Shown one piece after another: positions 59,247-64,000 of a stretch of DNA of 64,000 nt (position 1 is the stretch's first letter; each line of letters begins with the position of its first letter). The notes below the pieces were generated by a model. That model worked only from the letters and a program-made list of their open reading frames with translations, ran no database searches and was not told the origin of the DNA. The stretch comes from Savitreella phatthalungensis. Taxonomy: Eukaryota. The position numbers and the translations under genes are program-made. The stretch spans positions 1 to 64,000 of the forward strand of contig AP039690.1 of NCBI GenBank assembly GCA_051599415.1, read 5' to 3'.

Positions 59247-60941
59247 ATGTTCCAGGCGCCCACTGTTCACCTTCTCATCGATTTGTTTCCACAAGCACGT
59301 CCAGACACTACAAAAGCTCCCACAACCGAGGATCGACACAGTGCGAATAGGTCACGGGCATTCATTCCCAACGAAGAAGACCAGGTCAAACCGACAGCGA
59401 CCCCAGGGCGGAAGAGGGAAAGTCAAAGGCCTTCGACAACCAAAAGTTTGCACATTACACCTGTGACGAAAGGGCATAGCATTACAGTGCAGAGCTCCCA
59501 GGCGGTCCCAGCGGAGAAGACACCCGCCACGATCTTCGCCATGGCGTCGCCGTCGGACGTCCGGCCTTCACCTAGCCTGATACCCCAGACAACTCATTCA
59601 CCTCGGGTGTCTCCGCCGCTGCCCATCTCATCGCCTGCCCAGACTTCGGCTCCGTTGTTAATGTCTCCTCCTTCGACGTCGCCGCCAAAAGGCGCACCGC
59701 CTCCATTGCCACCGACTTCTTCTCCCCTACGCCCAGTATCGACCACACCGGCCATCTTTGCGACTGTCTCTGTGTCGCCTGCGGTCAGTTCATCTGCGCC
59801 TTCACCGTCGCCATCTCCCTCAAATACAGAAGCACACAATCCTGAGGTGGGACTATCGACGCCTATGTCAACACCGGAGAAGACACCTCTGCGACCTACC
59901 AAATTCATGTACTCTTTACGGCCGGCAGAACATCCCACAGTCCCGCTTTCTTCGCATTCGGGCCTGATGCCGATGCTGACTGCATCGTCTTTTACCATTC
60001 CTCTTTCGGCATTCGGTCCTCCGACAGTGCTCCCTTCCGTGTCACCACTGCTTAACAAATCAAGTGCATCTCCACCAAAATCACGTGTGACCCCATCTGC
60101 GCAGATATCCACGAGCACGAACGCCACCTTCACTGGTCCTACCACGCCTACAGGCAACCCGCCAACACATTCGGGACCAAATTCAGGTGCAAGTGAGACG
60201 TCTGCAGAGACTGTCTCTGTGAAACCTGTCAATATCGGAGAACGGGCCATTTGGTGGGCTGTCGGGGGATTGTGTGGTATCATGATCGGCATCATCCTCG
60301 GCTGGTTTACGTATAAGATCATCTCGTACCAGCGACGACAGCAGCGCGCACGTGAGCTCGATGCCGCAGCAGCCCTCCCATCGCCCCTGCCACGCCGCAG
60401 AAAGTCCACACGTCGACAATTACAACCCTCGCTTGACCCATACCTGCGCGCACGTCCACCTCCCAAACGCCCTCGCCGTTCAGCGCCACCCCTAATCTCG
60501 CCACCGCCGATTCGGGCACTCTCCGCTGCCGATCCCGTCTTTACGCACCAGTACGGCCGTGGGATGGTGCCGTGGACGACGCTGACATCTGTGTCGTCTA
60601 GCGGTGTACGTCAGCCCTTGCTGGCAGTTCCGCCTGAGTTGCTCGCGTTCCACGAGAACAATGTGGCGATCGCTGCTGAAGCGCAGCAGGCTGAGACGGC
60701 TTCGCTGACGCAGGAGGAGGAGGACGCGTTGTTCATCGGTCAGCACGCTGCCGCTCAACGCCGCCGCGAGCGTGAGCGCGACAGAGCCGCATCGACATCC
60801 CACCCATCAGACACTCCAAGAGACGGAGCATTCTCACCAACCAGACCATACAGGCCACCTGGTTTGAACCTGGACTTGAATGGCGACCAGCAACGACTCG
60901 GTACCTATAGAACCGCGACATTCTGGGCGTCCGCCTTCTAG
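59247..60941 (+). CDS. Ser/Thr/Pro-rich single-pass membrane protein (mucin/sensor-like), function unknown
   Basis: 564-aa ORF; long S/T/P-rich region, one TM (AIWWAVGGLCGIMIGIILGWFTY) followed by a basic stop-transfer segment. Start uncertain and no clear signal peptide. Confidence 0.7.
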   Translation: MFQAPTVHLLIDLFPQARPDTTKAPTTEDRHSANRSRAFIPNEEDQVKPTATPGRKRESQRPSTTKSLHITPVTKGHSITVQSSQAVPAEKTPATIFAMASPSDVRPSPSLIPQTTHSPRVSPPLPISSPAQTSAPLLMSPPSTSPPKGAPPPLPPTSSPLRPVSTTPAIFATVSVSPAVSSSAPSPSPSPSNTEAHNPEVGLSTPMSTPEKTPLRPTKFMYSLRPAEHPTVPLSSHSGLMPMLTASSFTIPLSAFGPPTVLPSVSPLLNKSSASPPKSRVTPSAQISTSTNATFTGPTTPTGNPPTHSGPNSGASETSAETVSVKPVNIGERAIWWAVGGLCGIMIGIILGWFTYKIISYQRRQQRARELDAAAALPSPLPRRRKSTRRQLQPSLDPYLRARPPPKRPRRSAPPLISPPPIRALSAADPVFTHQYGRGMVPWTTLTSVSSSGVRQPLLAVPPELLAFHENNVAIAAEAQQAETASLTQEEEDALFIGQHAAAQRRRERERDRAASTSHPSDTPRDGAFSPTRPYRPPGLNLDLNGDQQRLGTYRTATFWASAF

Positions 60942-61249
60942 AGATCAGCTCTTCCATAGCTAGCTAATGCCCATTCTCACACTCTCGTACACTATTACCG
61001 TCCCCAAGTACTTGCCTGTGCATGCACAGGACGCTATTGCTATCATCACTATGCGGAGCATTCAACCAACACCCTTCATCGACCAATCGAGAGAAACAGG
61101 CGGACTACCAATGCCACAGGACGCGCAGCCGAGTAGGGTCAGCGCTCTCGCTTGAGCCAAGGCTGGTAGTCGTTTTGTGGCTGTGGGTGAAAGTTTCTCT
61201 TTTTCGATTTCGATTGGTTTGAGGCGGTGATTGAAGGCTCCTGTGTATC

Positions 61250-63079
61250 CTAGCCTGTTCGGCCGGCAGATGGTACGGCTTCTTGTAGGATGACCAGCAA
61301 GGTCGCCCATGCGTCTCCTGCGACGAGTTTGGCTGCGGCGTCCGCGTCACCGAAGGCTGCCGCCGAGCACAGCAGATCGAGGTCTGTGGTCGGTAGGATG
61401 TCGGTCCCAGCGAGGTACTGGACCAGGTGGAAATCACGCACAGCTTCCAAAGACGTCTCCTTCCCAATGTCGAGTTGGCGGGCGACGGCAGCAAGGTCGG
61501 CAGCCTCGCCCACTGCTTCGCGATTCTCTATGGGGAAGCCAGACTTGCCCTCGGCTTTCTTGAAGCGTGGCTGTGGGCAGACTGGGAATCCGTGAGTAAG
61601 TTCGACGAGGAGGTACTCCATGGGGAACGCTGGTTTCGCGTTCTCTTTCACCTGCCGACCGTACTCATTGATCCTGGAGTAGAAGACGTCGGGGATGTAG
61701 ACGTTGTTCTGGTGGCCGTCCTTCTCGGTGCAGACGAGGATCGAATTTGGGTCGGTCGACGGCTCGATGATGCCAGCTTCAAACATCGCAGTCCCTTGCT
61801 CCGAGATCTGGTAAGGGAAGATGTCGATCGTCCCGTCCACAGCGCCTGTGACAACGGCGCTCACAAATTTCGACCCGTACTTTCCAGCGGCCGCCCAGTG
61901 CGATGCGTTTGGGAACCGTGCCTGGAAGCTTGCAGCCATGCTGGCTTCCAGGGATGAGAGGAAGAATGAATCGACATGCCGCTTCGCTAGCACTTTCCCT
62001 GTTCCCGTGCCATCGTCTGTGAGATCTGTGAAGATCAAGCCGACGCGCTCGAGGCCGCAGGCTTTAGCGACCTTTTCAACGCGTGCTTCTTCCTCGAAAT
62101 GTCTGAGCTCTAGACCATCAGCGTGATCGACTTGCGGTGGCTCGTAGATTGCTTCAACCACAGCCTTCTGCCCAAGAGGCACGAGCTCGTACTGCTCGTA
62201 GTATCCGTACATAAACCCGAACCTTTGTGAGCCCGACTTGCGCCAAGCGTTCAGGAATGAGTCAACGACATCCGGTGCGGAGAACTCGACATGATCTACC
62301 ATACGATACTCTTGTCTCTGGAGCGTGATTGCTGGTGGCTGACACTTTGAACAGATGCCTTCTGGCCATGGCGCGTGGCCAGACTTGCACAGCGGGTCGA
62401 CCGTGACTTCTGGCTCTGAGAGCGGCGGGATAAAAGAGCTATTGTTTTCTGGCTTGTTGGTTGCAGAGTTTATCTTCTTCAGCCAGGCGTGGAATGATGC
62501 AAACTTGATCTTGTGTTCTTCCAGATAGCCTGCATCGTATGGCTCGAGTGGCGTGCAGTGGTCGCACATTCCCTTTGGTCCATGTCTGCACATGCGAGAG
62601 CGTGGCCGTGGAATCTTGCCAGATTGTCTCTCAAGTGCATCGTCTAGCGGATGCTGCTTGACCGTCTTCCATGCATCACTTTTCCGTGCGTTTCTCGCAG
62701 ATGCAGTAGCCGCCAGGGCTGTGGTTGCGGCACTAGACTCGATCGTGACAGCTGCACCACTCAACTTGTTAGCTGATGTCGCAGGCATAGATGGTTTGAG
62801 AGGCGTGGCATCGTTATCGGTGGATCTTTGACCCGATTCCGAGAACCTGATGAAGAGCATGTCGCCGTGCTTCATGCCGGCTGCTGCGATTGAACGTCCA
62901 TGAAGCGCACTGAAGCTGCCAAACGGTCCTGCAGGCTTATCTGAGACCTCTATAGAGTCACGATCAGCGCCAGGTAATGCAGCGGCGATGGTGTCATGTA
63001 CCAAGCGCAGGTCATCCTCGGGGTTGAAGTTTGCCCTTGATGTGCCGAGACGTGACCTATACCTGAGCGTGACACTCAT
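61250..63079 (-). CDS. NPL4: Nuclear protein localization protein 4 (Cdc48-Ufd1-Npl4 cofactor)
   Basis: CRHGPKGMCDHC, HAPWPEGICSKCQP, RMVDHVEF, VVEAIYEPPQ, IFTDL and FPIENRE. ATG at 63079. Confidence 0.94.
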   Translation of the reverse strand: MSVTLRYRSRLGTSRANFNPEDDLRLVHDTIAAALPGADRDSIEVSDKPAGPFGSFSALHGRSIAAAGMKHGDMLFIRFSESGQRSTDNDATPLKPSMPATSANKLSGAAVTIESSAATTALAATASARNARKSDAWKTVKQHPLDDALERQSGKIPRPRSRMCRHGPKGMCDHCTPLEPYDAGYLEEHKIKFASFHAWLKKINSATNKPENNSSFIPPLSEPEVTVDPLCKSGHAPWPEGICSKCQPPAITLQRQEYRMVDHVEFSAPDVVDSFLNAWRKSGSQRFGFMYGYYEQYELVPLGQKAVVEAIYEPPQVDHADGLELRHFEEEARVEKVAKACGLERVGLIFTDLTDDGTGTGKVLAKRHVDSFFLSSLEASMAASFQARFPNASHWAAAGKYGSKFVSAVVTGAVDGTIDIFPYQISEQGTAMFEAGIIEPSTDPNSILVCTEKDGHQNNVYIPDVFYSRINEYGRQVKENAKPAFPMEYLLVELTHGFPVCPQPRFKKAEGKSGFPIENREAVGEAADLAAVARQLDIGKETSLEAVRDFHLVQYLAGTDILPTTDLDLLCSAAAFGDADAAAKLVAGDAWATLLVILQEAVPSAGRTG

Positions 63080-63491
63080 GACCAGCAACTGACAGGCCTC
63101 TCGAGCACCTGGAGCACAAGAATTTCTAAGCACTGATGCCTAGTAGGATATGCCTAGAGATAATAATGGTTGTCCTGTTGACGCGCGGCTTTGACTTTGA
63201 CTTTGGTGTCAACGATGGGATAGTTGTGTATTGTGAATAGAATATTGTTGGAAGTCGTGCGTCATCGTGCATCCACCAAAATAACTTGATGAATGCACAC
63301 CAAAATAGAAAATGCCAAATCACTTTTATCATCCTTCATCATCATCCATCATCCATCCTCATCCATCCATCATCCGACAACAAACGTTCATAGAAGTCAT
63401 CTCCCTTGATTCTAGCATTGACGATCTTGCAGTCAATGGGTTCTTCTTACTCCATGCTTCTGCTTTCTTACTCGCAGTGTCTCTCTCAAGT

Positions 63492-63974
63492 TTAGACTAG
63501 ACTACTCTCGTCATCACTGTCACTAACTGTCTCTGCAGACTTGTATTCTCCAGTCTTGACTTTCTTTTCCTTTTTCCCTCCCTCGGCTGTCTGTCCTGCA
63601 CGCTTATCTTCCTTGCTGGTCTTCTCTGATAGCTGAGTCACCGTGTCATCAACCTCATTGAACACTTTCTTGAGCATATTCCACTGCTCCAACGGTAGTG
63701 AGATGCCCTTCTTCCCAGGTCTCAGCTCTCCAGAGGCTTTGTCTGTGTAGTACTCCCGGATGGACACCATGGCTCGGTTCTGATAGGTCTGCACGCTGTC
63801 ACCAGTCAGTGTCATGCTCAATGGAAAATCACGAAGTGCATTGGGCAAGGATGACACTCACGTTATACGCCGCGTACTGCTCAGTTGCCAGTATGTCTCG
63901 CCTGCTTCCTCATTCGTCTGTTTCGTACCCAGCTGCCCAGCACTAGAGGCCTGATCCGCCTTTCGCTTCGACAT
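63492..63974 (-). CDS. SUB1: Transcriptional coactivator Sub1/PC4; two exons (63862-63974, 63492-63795), 66-nt intron 63796-63861
   Basis: The spliced product reads YWQLSSTRRITVQTYQNRAMVSIREYY...PGKKGISL; the intron has a GTGAGT donor, CTGAC branch site and CAG acceptor. Confidence 0.9.
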
Positions 63975-64000
63975 AGTTGCTTTATGCTCTCCTTTGACTG

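Noticed and set aside
8398..63133. Numerous 60-290-aa antisense and alternate-frame ORFs in the ORF track
   Set aside because: They lie within well-supported genes in GC-rich sequence and show no domain motifs; they are shadow ORFs.

Overview
This is the left end of a chromosome from a very compact, intron-poor fungus; the protein families look ascomycete, and a Taphrinomycotina-like yeast is plausible but unproven. The window opens with a (CCCTAA)n telomere, an ordered block of variant repeats, and a short (~8 kb) subtelomere of orphan and decayed genes. That subtelomere holds a coiled-coil repeat gene broken by an internal ~360-bp inversion, an orphan ORF with a GIY-YIG-like nuclease signature, and an orphan gene with a nearby pseudogenised paralog. 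From 8.4 kb onward it is densely packed housekeeping genes: PRP16, MSH1, PWP1, SEN34, a DHA1 MFS transporter, MIL1/DUF726, PCD1, PTC7, a G-patch protein, NNR2, OGG1, a PhoD-like protein, CCT4, RPT1, a carboxylesterase, PMT4, NUP159, VPS53, MIR1, an Shg1/BOD1-domain protein, DPP5, a Ctr copper transporter, NPL4 and SUB1. There are also three intron-containing tRNAs (Arg-CCG, Leu-TAA, Met-CAT) and one dead pogo/Fot1-type DNA transposon with TIRs whose lesions are CpG-type transitions. The most intriguing unexplained element is a ~360-nt, extensively base-paired, T9-terminated putative ncRNA at 13991-14369 between tRNA-Arg and PWP1, which I cannot match to a known RNA family by motif. All calls are by eye; no database search or folding program was run.
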